Below are positions 37,178 to 48,485 of a DNA stretch of 64,000 bases, piece by piece; position 1 is the first letter of the stretch, and each line of letters begins with the position of its first letter. Below the pieces are notes generated by a model, which saw nothing but the letters and a program-made list of their open reading frames with translations, did no database searches and had not been told where the DNA came from. The DNA lies in assembly GCA_033762915.1 (NCBI GenBank), contig JANRLD010000115.1, positions 110,410 to 174,409 of the forward strand. The letters run 5' to 3'. The translations under genes were made by a program, and so were the position numbers. The DNA is from Meiothermus sp. Lineage in GTDB: Bacteria > Deinococcota > Deinococci > Deinococcales > Thermaceae.

Positions 37178-37206
37178 TTGACCAAACCGCCAAAGCCCCC
37201 TACAAT
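37178..37206 (+). promoter_or_regulatory. Promoter of tRNA-fMet
   Basis: TTGACC-17 nt-TACAAT. Confidence 0.75.
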
Positions 37207-37267
37207 GGCAAAGCTGGCTTGAACGTTTTAGTTCACAGCGCAAGCCACGACACCTCGGTGTCTGCGA

Positions 37268-37346
<79 letters not shown>

Positions 37347-37352
37347 AAACCG

Positions 37353-37380
37353 AAAAAGCCCGCCATATTGGCGGGCTTTT

Positions 37381-37381
<1 letters not shown>
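37353..37381. terminator. Bidirectional terminator between tRNA-fMet and fni
   Basis: AAAAAGCCCGCCA-TAT-TGGCGGGCTTTTT. Confidence 0.85.
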
Positions 37382-38442
<1,061 letters not shown>

Positions 38443-38644
38443 TCACCGTCAAACAGGCCTGCGGAGGTTTTCGGCCCGGCCCCCTCGCGGTTCTGCAAAG
38501 CCTCGGACGGGCCAAAGATGCTGTCTCCAGGCCCCTAGGTACTTCTAGTAACTTCCGGTGTATCGCCCGACCGCAGGCAGTGCGGGAGGGCGATTTGCCC
38601 GGTTTGCCCGGGCGCCTTAGCCGCCGGAAGTCTATCGAGCTGGC

Positions 38645-39649
38645 TTACTTATACCCCAGAATCGCCTCGCGCTTGTCACCCCACTCCAGCGCACTCGCGA
38701 TCGCCTGGTCAATGCTGTGCTGGGCCTTCCAGCCCAACAACTCCTGGGCGCGGTCGGCGTTGGCGTAGGCCCCGGCCACGTCGCCGGGGCGGGGCGGGGC
38801 CTCCCGCTTGGAGATGGCCTGGCCGTAGACGCGCTCGAAGGCGGCGACCAGTTCCTTGACCGTCACCCCGTCTCCGGTCCCGAGGTTGATGACGGCGTAG
38901 TTCGAGCCGGTCTTGCCCAGGGCCGCGTCGAAGTGCTCGACCGCCGCAAGGTGCGCCGCCGCCAAGTCCCAGATGTGGACGTAGTCGCGGATACCCGAGC
39001 CGTCGCGGGTGGGCCAGTCCACGCCGGTGATCAGGAACTGGGGCTCCTTCCCTAAGGCCACGTCCACCATCTTGCCCAGCACGTGGCTGGGGTTGCGGGC
39101 GTGGATGCCGGAGCGCATTTTGGGGTCGGCCCCGATAGGGTTGAAGTAGCGCAGCGCGATACCGCGTAGCCGGGTGGCGTGGGTGATGTCCTCGAGGGCC
39201 ATCTCCATCATGTATTTGGAGCGGGCGTAGGGGCTGGAAGGCTTGAGCGGCGAGGCCTCGGTGACCTTAAAACCGGGCACCGCGTCGTAGAGCGAGGCCG
39301 AGGAGGAAAAGACCACGCGGGTCTGGCCGAGCTCCTCGAGGTTCTTGAACAGCTCGAGGCTCTTGCCCACGTTCTCCCGGTAGTAGCGGTAGGGCTGGGC
39401 CACCGACTCCGGCACCACGATCAAGGCGGCGCAGTGGATGGTGGCGTAGACGTCCGGGTGCTCGGAGAGGATACGCTCGAGCAGCGCCCGGTCGGCGATG
39501 TCGCCCTCGTAGAAGATACGACCTTCGGTGAAGGCCCGCTGCCCCACCACCAGCGAGTCCAGCAGCACGGGCGTGTGGCCGCTGTCCAGCAAGTAGCTGG
39601 CGATCGTACTGCCGATGTACCCTGCCCCACCTGTAATCAAGACTTTCAC
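38645..39649 (-). CDS. galE: UDP-glucose 4-epimerase
   Basis: GGAGYIGS, YARSK, LRYFNPIGA, RDYVHI; GTG start 7 nt after TACAAT. Confidence 0.93.
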   Translation of the reverse strand: MKVLITGGAGYIGSTIASYLLDSGHTPVLLDSLVVGQRAFTEGRIFYEGDIADRALLERILSEHPDVYATIHCAALIVVPESVAQPYRYYRENVGKSLELFKNLEELGQTRVVFSSSASLYDAVPGFKVTEASPLKPSSPYARSKYMMEMALEDITHATRLRGIALRYFNPIGADPKMRSGIHARNPSHVLGKMVDVALGKEPQFLITGVDWPTRDGSGIRDYVHIWDLAAAHLAAVEHFDAALGKTGSNYAVINLGTGDGVTVKELVAAFERVYGQAISKREAPPRPGDVAGAYANADRAQELLGWKAQHSIDQAIASALEWGDKREAILGYK

Positions 39650-39804
39650 AGGTGCGATTGTATCAAGGCACGCTGAAGCGGGCAGGTCGAATTTCAACTG
39701 GTTGCCAGCAGAGAGGAGGTAGAGCGCCGGCGAGCCGGGAAGACAGAACTCTACCGCAGGTGCCGTCGCGGTAGGTTGGCAGAAGCCCGCCCAAACCCTC
39801 ACAA

Positions 39805-39879
39805 CGCTGAAGCGGACGTAGTCGTAATGCACCCGGCGCATCCGAGTCTCCGCGTGTGGGGTGTTCGGGCGAAGCGCTG
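39805..39879. mobile_element. Degenerate MITE-like family A copy
   Basis: Similar to 1-73 (CGCTGAAGCGG..GTAATG..CATCCGAGTCTC); followed by TGA. Confidence 0.55.
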
Positions 39880-39949
39880 TGAGGGCTAGCGGCTGGTATG
39901 TGGGTCTCCATAGCGGGCATCCCGGGTTTGGCCAGTCTGACCGCCAAAC

Positions 39950-39977
39950 ATATTGACATATTTAGATTTATCGATAT
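39950..39977 (+). promoter_or_regulatory. ars promoter with ArsR operator
   Basis: TTGACA at 39953; 12-4-12 imperfect inverted repeat ATATTGACATAT-TTAG-ATTTATCGATAT. Confidence 0.75.
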
Positions 39978-39988
39978 ATTATCCTCCT

Positions 39989-40324
39989 ATGTCTGCCGTA
40001 CTGGCCCTCGCCGAGCCCTCGAGCCCCGACCTCGAGACCCTCGCCGCCGTGTTCAAGGCCCTGTCCGACCCGGCCCGGCTCAGAATCCTCGACTACCTGG
40101 CCTCCGACCCCGACGGCAAGTGCTGCGACACCGAGCGGGGCATCTGTGCTTGCGACCTCGAGGCCGTCACCGGCCTCTCCCAGCCCACCGTCAGCCACCA
40201 CATGAAGCTGCTGGTGGCGGCGGGGCTGGTGAGCGCCGCACGGCGCGGCAAGTGGATGTACTACGCGGTGAACTCGAGCGGTTTCGGAGCGCTCAGAGAG
40301 TTCTTGCAGACCATTAACCGCTGA
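39989..40324 (+). CDS. arsR: ArsR/SmtB family repressor
   Basis: FKALSDPARLRIL; CC and ICACDL metal sites; SQPTVSHHMK. Confidence 0.92.
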   Translation: MSAVLALAEPSSPDLETLAAVFKALSDPARLRILDYLASDPDGKCCDTERGICACDLEAVTGLSQPTVSHHMKLLVAAGLVSAARRGKWMYYAVNSSGFGALREFLQTINR

Positions 40325-40366
40325 AGGGCCTGCCCGAGCTTGTTCCCAGTTGTCAAAGGAGCCTCT

Positions 40367-40882
40367 ATGAACACCCAGAGCTTTATCCAAACCCTCGAGT
40401 CCTACCCCACCCGGCCTTTGGTCTTCGACTACGGCTCCGGGCGGCGGGTCGCACCCGGATATCACGTCACCGAGGTGATGAACGTCACCTACGAGACCAT
40501 GGACTGCGGCGGGCAGGCAAACTTCTGGCGCGAGACCGTCGTACAACTGCAAGGCCCCGGCGCAAAGGACGCGCCCGAGTTCATGACCACCGACAAGTTT
40601 CTGGGCATCTACCGGCGGGTGGTGGCCTCGGTGCCGGTGCGCCCGGAATCGGAGGTGCGCCTCGAGTACGGCGATGCGCTCTCCCCGGCCGTCCGCTACC
40701 ACGTGGGCGCGGTGGCCGAGAGCGAGGGACACCTGGTAATCTTCCTCACCCCGCCGGGCGTCACCTGCAAGGCCGACTCAAGCTGCTGCGGCCCCAGCCC
40801 CAGCGTGCGGCCCAACGTGCAGCTCGAGGAGGGCCTCGAGCTGCGGGTTGTAGGCGCGGCTAAAGGTTCGTCGTGCTGCTAG
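40367..40882 (+). CDS. Cys-rich ars-associated protein (DUF6428-like)
   Basis: YHVTEV, DCGG, ETVVQL, TCK..CC, C-terminal SSCC; family assignment from memory. Confidence 0.75.
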   Translation: MNTQSFIQTLESYPTRPLVFDYGSGRRVAPGYHVTEVMNVTYETMDCGGQANFWRETVVQLQGPGAKDAPEFMTTDKFLGIYRRVVASVPVRPESEVRLEYGDALSPAVRYHVGAVAESEGHLVIFLTPPGVTCKADSSCCGPSPSVRPNVQLEEGLELRVVGAAKGSSCC

Positions 40883-40896
40883 GGGGAGAATAGGCC

Positions 40897-41340
40897 ATGA
40901 TTACCTTCTGCACCGCCACCACCGCCGACCTGCCCGAAGTGCTGGACTTGCTCCGACGCGCAAAGCTGCCGCTGGCGGGGGTCGAGGAACACCTGAACAA
41001 CTTTGTGCTGGCGATGGAGATGAGCGAGCAGGGCGAGACGCTGGTGGGATGCGCAGGACTAGAGATCCACGGCTCGGCTGGGCTGCTGCGCTCAGTGGCG
41101 GTAGAGGCGCAGTACCGCTCGGAAGGGCTCGGGGCCAAGCTGACCGAGGGAATGCTCGAGCTGGCCCAGCACAAAGACCTCTCCTCCGTCTCGCTGCTGA
41201 CCGAGAGTGCCAAGGACTACTTCCCCCGCTTCGGCTTTGTCCAGGTAGAGCGCTCCAAACTGCCCGAAAGCCTCCAACAGTCGGCGGAGCTCAAGGGGGC
41301 CTGCCCCGACAGCGCCGTGGCGATGACGCTGAAGATTTAG
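40897..41340 (+). CDS. arsN2: Arsenic resistance N-acetyltransferase ArsN2
   Basis: GLLRSVAV, LLTESA..YFPRFGF, SAE...CPDSA; ars context. Confidence 0.85.
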   Translation: MITFCTATTADLPEVLDLLRRAKLPLAGVEEHLNNFVLAMEMSEQGETLVGCAGLEIHGSAGLLRSVAVEAQYRSEGLGAKLTEGMLELAQHKDLSSVSLLTESAKDYFPRFGFVQVERSKLPESLQQSAELKGACPDSAVAMTLKI

Positions 41341-41479
41341 GTTGCGCCAGAGTAAAAGCAGAATCGGCGGAAGTGCTAGACATGTGCCAGGCCGGAGTGG
41401 CGTACGCCATAGCCGCGGAGCGGCACCCGAGGCGCAATTCCCTATGGGAGTTGGCGGGCGACTTATCGCAGTTCAACTA
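41341..41479. repeat. Dispersed repeat family B inside the ars cluster
   Basis: Begins GTTGCGCCAG, ends TTCAACT; similar to 34625-34766. Confidence 0.7.
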
Positions 41480-41744
41480 TGGAGACCCTATTCATGCGAA
41501 TCCCGATCTTGGTGCCGTGGCACAACTCATCTTGCTCGCAGATGGGCGAGCCGGGGATTAATCGGTCGGGTCCCTCCAAGACCCCCTGCAACCTGCCCCC
41601 TTGGGGCAAAAGCCTCGAGGGGTCGCGTGGGGTGCGCGACGTGCTGAGGCGGATGGCCCAAAGACCGGCGGGCGACCCGCGCCTCAGAGGCGGGTCTCTG
41701 GGGCGGAGGTCTTGCTCGAGCGACCTAGCGACAGGGAACTGCCC

Positions 41745-42251
41745 ATGAGCCTTCACATCCGACCCGCCCGCGAGGCCGACTGCGCCGACATCGCAGCCAT
41801 CTACAACCAGGGCATCCAGGGGCGACAGGCCACCTTCGAGACCCGCCCCCGCACGCCCGAGGATATCAGGGGCTGGCTGGGCAACCCCCGTTATCCGGTT
41901 CTGGTCGCCGGGCGAGAGGACAATAACGTCGTGGGGTGGGTCTCGGCCAGCAGCTACCGGCCCAACCGCGAGGCCTACGCGGGCATCGCCGAGTTCTCGG
42001 TCTACGTGCACTACCTGGCCAGGGGCCAGAGGGTGGGCGACGCACTGATGGACGCCTTCATCCCGGCGTGCGCGTCGGCGGGGTTGTGGAAGCTGCTCTC
42101 GCGGGTCTTCCCGGAGAACGCCGCCTCGAGGGCGTTATGCGCCCGTCACGGCTTCCGTGAGGTGGGCATCTACGAGAAGCACGGTAAGCTGGATGGAGTG
42201 TGGCGCGATGTGGTGATCGTGGAGCGCCTGATCGAGCCGAACCTCACTTAG
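41745..42251 (+). CDS. arsN1: Arsinothricin/phosphinothricin N-acetyltransferase ArsN1-like
   Basis: IYNQGI..ATFET, YAGIAEFSVYV, KLLSRVFPENAAS, HGKLDGVWRDV. Confidence 0.85.
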   Translation: MSLHIRPAREADCADIAAIYNQGIQGRQATFETRPRTPEDIRGWLGNPRYPVLVAGREDNNVVGWVSASSYRPNREAYAGIAEFSVYVHYLARGQRVGDALMDAFIPACASAGLWKLLSRVFPENAASRALCARHGFREVGIYEKHGKLDGVWRDVVIVERLIEPNLT

Positions 42252-42255
42252 CCCT

Positions 42256-43119
42256 ATGGTCAGACTCCCCTGGCAGGTCAAAATTGCGGCAAAAATGGTC
42301 TTGAACCGCCTCCCGGTTCCCTACAGTTTTTGGAAGGGCCTGGGGCTGTTTGACTCCGGGCAGATGGACCGGCCCGAGTACGCCCTGAAGGTCTTCCGGC
42401 ACCACTATGGCGCGACGGAGTTCGGACACAAGCGAAGCGGCTTCGTGATGCTCGAGCTTGGTCCCGGTGACTCGCTGGCCTCGGGGGTGATTGCCCACTG
42501 CCTGGGGGCCAGCAGGAGCTATCTGGTGGACGCCAACCCCTACGCCAAGCTCGAGTTCGGGGTGTACAAAAGTCTGCTGGAGTACCTCGCCCAGCAGGGC
42601 CTGCCCACGCAGTCCCTGGCCGACGTCACCGACGTCGAGACCCTGCAGAGGCGCTGCAACCTGACCTACCTTACCGGCGGCCTCGAGTCGCTCAGAACCA
42701 TCCCCGAAGCCTCGGTGGACTTCATCTGGTCGCAGGCCATGATGGCGATGGTGCACAAGCGGGAGGTCGAACCCATCTTCCGTGAGTTCCGCCGCATCCT
42801 GCGCCCCGGCGGGGCCAGCTCGCACCGCATCGACCTGGCCGACCACATCAACCACTCGCTCAACAACCTGCGCTTCAGCGAGGCCCAGTGGAACTCCAGG
42901 TTGATGTCTGGCTCTGGCTTCTACACCAACCGGCTGCGCTACCGCGACTACCTCGAGCTGTTCGAGCGCACCGGGTTCGAGGTGGTGGGGGCGGGGCTCG
43001 AGCACTGGCCCACCCTCCCCGTCCCCCGCAGCCAGATCCATCCCGACTTCCACCGTCACCCCGATGAGGAGCTACGCATCCATCAGATGGATGTGGTGCT
43101 GAGGGCGGCGGGTGGGTGA
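42256..43119 (+). CDS. Class I SAM-dependent methyltransferase-like protein
   Basis: LELGPGD, SVDFIWSQA, RILRPGG. Confidence 0.8.
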   Translation: MVRLPWQVKIAAKMVLNRLPVPYSFWKGLGLFDSGQMDRPEYALKVFRHHYGATEFGHKRSGFVMLELGPGDSLASGVIAHCLGASRSYLVDANPYAKLEFGVYKSLLEYLAQQGLPTQSLADVTDVETLQRRCNLTYLTGGLESLRTIPEASVDFIWSQAMMAMVHKREVEPIFREFRRILRPGGASSHRIDLADHINHSLNNLRFSEAQWNSRLMSGSGFYTNRLRYRDYLELFERTGFEVVGAGLEHWPTLPVPRSQIHPDFHRHPDEELRIHQMDVVLRAAGG

Positions 43120-43322
43120 GGGCGGCGGCGAAAAGCGGTATTTTAGTGCGACGGCCAGACGCGTCGAAGTGCGGCGTTCCTCGAGCGAGCCGGCCTGCCG
43201 GGCTTCACGGCTGCTCAAGCATCTGAGGAAGACAAGTCGGGCACGAAGCAACCCACAGTTTTGATTCTGCTGCCGCTGGCCCTCGCCCTCTCCCCTGATC
43301 CGGTGTCCCCTGACCCCCTGCC

Positions 43323-44540
43323 ATGACCTACTACGGATGGCGCATCGCCTGGGCCTTCGCCCTCACCCAGACTGTCGGGTACGGCGTGCTCACCTATGCC
43401 TTCGGGGTGTTCGTCAAGCCAATGGAGGCCGAGCTGGGTTGGGGCCGGGCCGAGACCTCGCTGGGCTTTTCCATCGCGCTGCTGGTCTCAGGGCTGCTGG
43501 CCTTCCCGGCAGGACGGGTCGTGGATCGGCACGGCGCACGCTGGCTGATGACCGGGGGCTCGGCGCTGGGAGCGCTGATGGTCTGGGCCTGGAGCCTGGT
43601 GCACAGCCTGCCAGCGTTCTACCTGGTGTTCGTGGGGATTGGGATAGCCAGCAGCGCGGTTCTGTACTCGGTGGCCTTCACGGTGCTGGCGGTGTGGTTC
43701 CGGCTCTCTCGGCCCAGGGCCATGTTGATTGTGACGCTGGCGGCGGGTCTGGCGAGTACGATCTTCATCCCGCTGGCGAGCTGGCTCGAGCAGGCGCTCG
43801 GCTGGCGCGGCGCAGCGCAGGTTCTGGCCCTGGTGCTGGCGGTGACCACGATCCCCCTGCACGCACTGGTAATCCGCCGACGACCGCAAGACCTGGGGCT
43901 CTACCCCGACGGAGCCGACTCGCCCCCGCCGCCCGCACAACAGGTGAGCGCGGGGGCGGCGGTGCGGGGGGCCACCTTCTGGTGGCTGGCGCTGGGCTTC
44001 AGCCTCTCCAGCCTGGTCTCGATGGCGGTGGCGGCCCACCTGGTGCCGCTGCTGGTCGAGCGGGGCCACCCGGCGGCCCTGGTCGCCACGATTGCGGGCT
44101 CGGTGGGGGTGATGCAGCTATTGGGGCGCATTATCTACACCCCGCTGTCGCAGCGGCTCTCGCTGTTCGGGGTGAGCGCGGTGTTTATGGGCTTCTTCGC
44201 AGTAGGGCTCGGGCTGCTGCTGATGGAGCAGGGCTGGGCGCTGTGGGGGTTTGCGCTGTTTTACGGGATGGCCAACGGCTCGGGCTCGCTCTCGAAGGCC
44301 GCGCTGGTGGCCGAGGTCTACGGCAGCCGACACTATGGCAGCGTCAGCGGGGGCCTGGGCACCATCACCACCGTCACCGCCACCTTCGCGCCGCTGGGGG
44401 CGGGCTTCCTGCACGACCTGCGGGGCGACTACACGGCGGTGCTGTGGGTGCTCATCGGGGCCGCGCTGCTGGCCGCGCTGGCGGTGTGGCAGGCCTCGAG
44501 GTCGGGGCGCGAGGCCGCCCTGACGGGTTCGGCGGCCTGA
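43323..44540 (+). CDS. MFS transporter resembling ArsK-type exporters
   Basis: LTQTVGYGVLTYAF, GRVVDRHG, GLASTIF; about 12 TM segments; ars context. Confidence 0.8.
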   Translation: MTYYGWRIAWAFALTQTVGYGVLTYAFGVFVKPMEAELGWGRAETSLGFSIALLVSGLLAFPAGRVVDRHGARWLMTGGSALGALMVWAWSLVHSLPAFYLVFVGIGIASSAVLYSVAFTVLAVWFRLSRPRAMLIVTLAAGLASTIFIPLASWLEQALGWRGAAQVLALVLAVTTIPLHALVIRRRPQDLGLYPDGADSPPPPAQQVSAGAAVRGATFWWLALGFSLSSLVSMAVAAHLVPLLVERGHPAALVATIAGSVGVMQLLGRIIYTPLSQRLSLFGVSAVFMGFFAVGLGLLLMEQGWALWGFALFYGMANGSGSLSKAALVAEVYGSRHYGSVSGGLGTITTVTATFAPLGAGFLHDLRGDYTAVLWVLIGAALLAALAVWQASRSGREAALTGSAA

Positions 44541-44596
44541 GGGGCCTCGAGGCGCACACTCACAATCGCCGGATAAATCTCTGCGATACTCATCCA

Positions 44597-45754
44597 ATGC
44601 GTTTTCTGGCCTCGCTAGTACCGAATTTCCCGTCCCGCAGGAGCGGGCCCCCGGCCCTGCGCCCCCGCGCGGGTTGGTTGCCTTTGCCTCCCGCCTACCG
44701 CTTCCCCCTTCCCGCCTTACTGCTATTTGCCCTCGGTCACCAGATGTTGGCGTTCGGCTACGGCCAGCCTGCCACCGTCTTTCTGAGCGGAGCCCGGCAC
44801 GAGTACCAGCGCTACAACAACTGCGGCCCGGTCACCCTAGGGATGGCGATGAGCTTTTGGGGCAGCCGCGACACCCAGTACCAGATCGCACCGGTGCTCA
44901 AGCCCAACAAGCAGGACAAAAATGTGAACGCCTCGGAGATGGCCGAGTACGCCCGCGCCCAGGGGTACGGTGTGCACTACGGATGGGCGGGCAACCTGAG
45001 CCTGCTCAAGCGGCTGCTGGCGGGCGGCTTCCCCGTCATCATCGAGACCTGGTTCGTGACCCCCGACCACGGCGGGATGGGGCACTACCGGCTGCTGGTG
45101 GGCTACAGCGACTCGAGGGGCCGGTTTAACGCCTTCGACTCCTACTACGGCCCCAAGGTAACGCTGGGCTATGGCGAGATGGACGGGCTGTGGCAGGTCT
45201 TCGGGCGGAAGTACCTGGTGATCTACCCCCAGGCCCGGCGGGCCCGGCTGGAGGCCGTCCTGGGCGAGCGCATGCGCGAGGGAGCTGAGGAAAAGCTGGC
45301 CCTCGAGGCCGCCCAGCGCGAGACGCAGGCCCAGCCGGGCAACGCCTTCGCCTGGTTTAACCTCGGCACCCAGCAACTCCTCGCGGGCGACGCCGCGGCG
45401 GCGGCCAGGTCATTCGACCGCTCGAGGGCGCTCCCGGTTGCCCGCCGCTTCGACCCCATCCGCCCCACAAACGCGGTCAACAACTGGCCCTGGCGGATGA
45501 TGTGGTATCAGTTTGGACCTTACGAGGCCTACTTCCAGACCGGGCGCTACGCCGAGGTGTTGGCCCTGGCAGACGACGTGCTGCGGCGCATCCCCGACCA
45601 CGAGGAGAGCTTCTACTGGCGCGGCAGGGCACGCCAGGCCCGGGGCGAACTTGCGGCCGCCCGGGCGGACTTTCAGGCCGCGCTGCGCTTCAAACCCAGA
45701 TACCCCGAGGCGGCCAGGGCCCTGGCCGAGGTGCGGGCCCAGAGTTCGCGCTAA
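44597..45754 (+). CDS. C39-like cysteine peptidase with C-terminal TPR repeats
   Basis: QRYNNCGP, GHYRLLVGY, FDSY; TPR-like AWFNLG and FYWRG..AARADF; start uncertain. Confidence 0.8.
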   Translation: MRFLASLVPNFPSRRSGPPALRPRAGWLPLPPAYRFPLPALLLFALGHQMLAFGYGQPATVFLSGARHEYQRYNNCGPVTLGMAMSFWGSRDTQYQIAPVLKPNKQDKNVNASEMAEYARAQGYGVHYGWAGNLSLLKRLLAGGFPVIIETWFVTPDHGGMGHYRLLVGYSDSRGRFNAFDSYYGPKVTLGYGEMDGLWQVFGRKYLVIYPQARRARLEAVLGERMREGAEEKLALEAAQRETQAQPGNAFAWFNLGTQQLLAGDAAAAARSFDRSRALPVARRFDPIRPTNAVNNWPWRMMWYQFGPYEAYFQTGRYAEVLALADDVLRRIPDHEESFYWRGRARQARGELAAARADFQAALRFKPRYPEAARALAEVRAQSSR

Positions 45755-45844
45755 GGGCGACTTTATCTCGTCCTGCTCAGCCCAGGCTCAGCCTCGAGTC
45801 ATGACGTGGGCACAGTCTGATGGACTCTCGAGGAGGAACGCCAT

Positions 45845-45951
45845 CAGCGGTTCCCACCATTACGCCTCACGGGTGCAGCTCTAAAGCGTGCGCTAAAGCG
45901 GAGTATTACACAAGGCAAAAACCGCCGCACCGAGTGTTAGTGGGAACGCTC
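45845..45951. mobile_element. MITE-like family A, mosaic copy
   Basis: 5' end is the reverse complement of 49803-49829; 3' part is the reverse complement of 49833-49887. Confidence 0.75.
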
Positions 45952-46086
45952 TTGGGGCTGAAAACCGTTCCCCCACCGTGTTTTTGGGGTGCGGTGTCGC
46001 GGCAGTCGACTTACGAACCGCCGTAGGGATGGTGAGTGGCAGGGCGGCTCGAGCGCGGCGGGTGATCCGGCCACCCCGCCCGCCTT

Positions 46087-48303
46087 CTACACCTGCACCC
46101 AGTTCACGTCCCGCACGTTCGTCACCTGCCTCAGCCGCTCGTCGAGGGCGGCCTGCTCGCCCTCTGACACGTCGATACGGGTGGAGATGCGGAAGAGGGT
46201 GGAGAGCGGAGAAGCGGGGTTGGAGTTGACCCCCATCGCGCTCTTGCCCATGCTAGCGATGGCGTCCATCACGTCGCGCAGTAGCCCGGCGCGGTCATCG
46301 GCCAGTACCTCGAGCTGAACCACCCGCCCGAGGCCCTGCCAGTAGGCCAGGGTCACGCGCCCCGGCTCGGCCTCCATCAGGCGGCGCATGTTGGGGCAGT
46401 CGGCCCGGTGGATGGTCACGCCGCGCCCGCGGGTCACATAGCCCAGAATGGCGTCGCCCTTGCCGGGGGTACAGCAGCTCGCCAGCTTGATGGGCACCTG
46501 CAGGTCGGACTCGAGGCGGATGCCCAACTCGTTCTTGACCGGCTTGGGCTTCTCGGGGTGCGCCTCGACCTTGGGGGCCAGCAGCCGGGCGATCTGGCCG
46601 GGGGCGACGCGCCCGCCCGCCACGGCGGAGTAGAGGTCGTCGAGCGAGGCGCTCTTGATCAGCCTGCGCCCGGCCTCCTCGAGCTGGCTTTCGAGGGGCT
46701 TGGGCATGGCCCGGCGTTTGAAGTAGCGCTCGAGGGCCCTCTGACCCTTCTCGAGGGTCTCGGTGCGCTCGAAGGCCCGGAAAAACATCCGCACCTTCTG
46801 CTTGGCACTGCGGGTCTTGGCGTACTCGAGCCAGTCCTTGGAGGGATGGGCAGTCTTGGCGGTCAGGACTTCGACGATCTCGCCGTTGGTCAGCTCGTAG
46901 CTGAGGGGGACGATGCGCCCATTGACCTTGGCCCCCACCATGCGGTTGCCCACCTCGGTGTGGATGTGATAGGCGAAGTCTACGGGCGAGGACCCCTTGG
47001 GGAGGTTAATGATCTTCCCTTTAGGTGTGAATACGAACACCCGGTCGCCCAGCAGCTCCCTGGTAACGGCCTCCACGAAGTCGCGGGAGGAGCTGTACTC
47101 CTGCTGCCACTCCTGGATGCTCTTGAGCCAGCCGACCCGCTTCTTAACCTCCTCGGGGTTGGTCAGGCCCTCCTTGTAGAGCCAGTGCGCAGCAATACCG
47201 AACTCGGCCACCTGGTGCATCTCCTTGGAGCGGATTTGCACCTCCAGGGGCAGCCCGTTGACCGCGATCACGGTGGTATGCAGCGACTGGTAGCCGTTGG
47301 GCTTGGGAACGGCGATGTAGTCCTTGACCCGCCCCGGGATGGGCTGCCAGAGGGCGTGGGCCAGGCCCAGCACGTGGTAGCAGACCTGCTTCTCGCGCAG
47401 AGCCTTCTCCTCGGGGTCCTGGGCGGGGACGGGCTCCAAGATCACCCGAAGCGCGAGCAGGTCGTAAATCTGCTCGATGGCCTTCTCCTCGCGCTCCATC
47501 TTCTTCCAGATGCTGTACAGGTGTTTGGTACGGCCCGTGACCTCGACGCTCTTGACCGACTGCTTGAGGATGAAGTCGCGCTTGAGGGCGGTCTCGAGGG
47601 TCTCCCGCGCCTTCTGCACGGCGGCCTCGCGCTCGGACTGGTGGCTCTTGAGCTGGGCGTCGATCTGGGCGTAGTCCTCGGGGTCGAGGTAGCGGAAGGA
47701 AAGGTCTTCGAGCTCGAGCTTGACCTGCCCGATGCCCAGGCGGTGGGCCAGCGGGGCATAGATTTCCAGCGTCTCCTTGGCGATACGCCGCTGCTTGTGG
47801 GCGGGCATGAACTGCAGGGTACGCAGGTTGTGCAGCCGGTCGGCCAGCTTGACGATAATAATCCGCACGTCCTCGGCCATGGCGATAAACATCTGCCGGA
47901 GGTCTTCGGCGTGCTTGTCTTCCTTGGTGGTGTCCTCGTGGGCAGCGTGGGCCAGCTTGTACAGCTTGGAGACCTTGGTCTCCCCCTCTACGATCTTGCG
48001 CACCGCCTGGCCGAATTTCTCCTCGAGGGTCTCGGCCTTGGCCTCGGTGTCCTCGATGGTGTCGTGCAGCAGCCCAGCCATCAGGGTGTCGGTGTCCAGC
48101 TTAAGGTCGGCCAGAATCTGCGCCACCGCCACCGGGTGAATGATGTAAGGCTCGCCGCTCTTGCGCTTCTGCCCGTCGTGGGCGCTGTAAGCGAACTCCA
48201 GGGCAGAACGCACCCGCTCGCGCTGGCCGGGGTTCAGATACCTCAGGTGAGGCACGAGACCCTGCCAGAGCTGTTCAGGGGTGACGGCAACCGCCTCCAA
48301 CAC
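46087..48303 (-). CDS. rel: Bifunctional (p)ppGpp synthetase/hydrolase
   Basis: GEPYIIHP, LHDTIED, KPNGYQSLH; TGS and ACT domains. Confidence 0.96.
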   Translation of the reverse strand: MLEAVAVTPEQLWQGLVPHLRYLNPGQRERVRSALEFAYSAHDGQKRKSGEPYIIHPVAVAQILADLKLDTDTLMAGLLHDTIEDTEAKAETLEEKFGQAVRKIVEGETKVSKLYKLAHAAHEDTTKEDKHAEDLRQMFIAMAEDVRIIIVKLADRLHNLRTLQFMPAHKQRRIAKETLEIYAPLAHRLGIGQVKLELEDLSFRYLDPEDYAQIDAQLKSHQSEREAAVQKARETLETALKRDFILKQSVKSVEVTGRTKHLYSIWKKMEREEKAIEQIYDLLALRVILEPVPAQDPEEKALREKQVCYHVLGLAHALWQPIPGRVKDYIAVPKPNGYQSLHTTVIAVNGLPLEVQIRSKEMHQVAEFGIAAHWLYKEGLTNPEEVKKRVGWLKSIQEWQQEYSSSRDFVEAVTRELLGDRVFVFTPKGKIINLPKGSSPVDFAYHIHTEVGNRMVGAKVNGRIVPLSYELTNGEIVEVLTAKTAHPSKDWLEYAKTRSAKQKVRMFFRAFERTETLEKGQRALERYFKRRAMPKPLESQLEEAGRRLIKSASLDDLYSAVAGGRVAPGQIARLLAPKVEAHPEKPKPVKNELGIRLESDLQVPIKLASCCTPGKGDAILGYVTRGRGVTIHRADCPNMRRLMEAEPGRVTLAYWQGLGRVVQLEVLADDRAGLLRDVMDAIASMGKSAMGVNSNPASPLSTLFRISTRIDVSEGEQAALDERLRQVTNVRDVNWVQV

Positions 48304-48485
48304 GTGAATAGTTTAGCATCTGAGGGTTGCTAGACCAATTGCCGCGTATACGTTTGGCTCGAGCCCTGGTCTGCGCGGCTGCCCCTCTCTTCGGTCGCAC
48401 ACCAATTAGCACACGGGGCCGGGAGTGAGGGGCCGCAGGCCGCACGTTACAAGTATCCCCCCTGGCTTGCGGTAGAATTCCTGCC

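Noticed and set aside
42256..43119. Arsenite methyltransferase ArsM
   Set aside because: Lacks the ArsM cysteine pattern and the LGCG/DLGSG motifs
43337..45754. 805-aa ORF as a single protein
   Set aside because: The N-terminal half is an alternate frame of the MFS gene; only about 44597 onward looks coding
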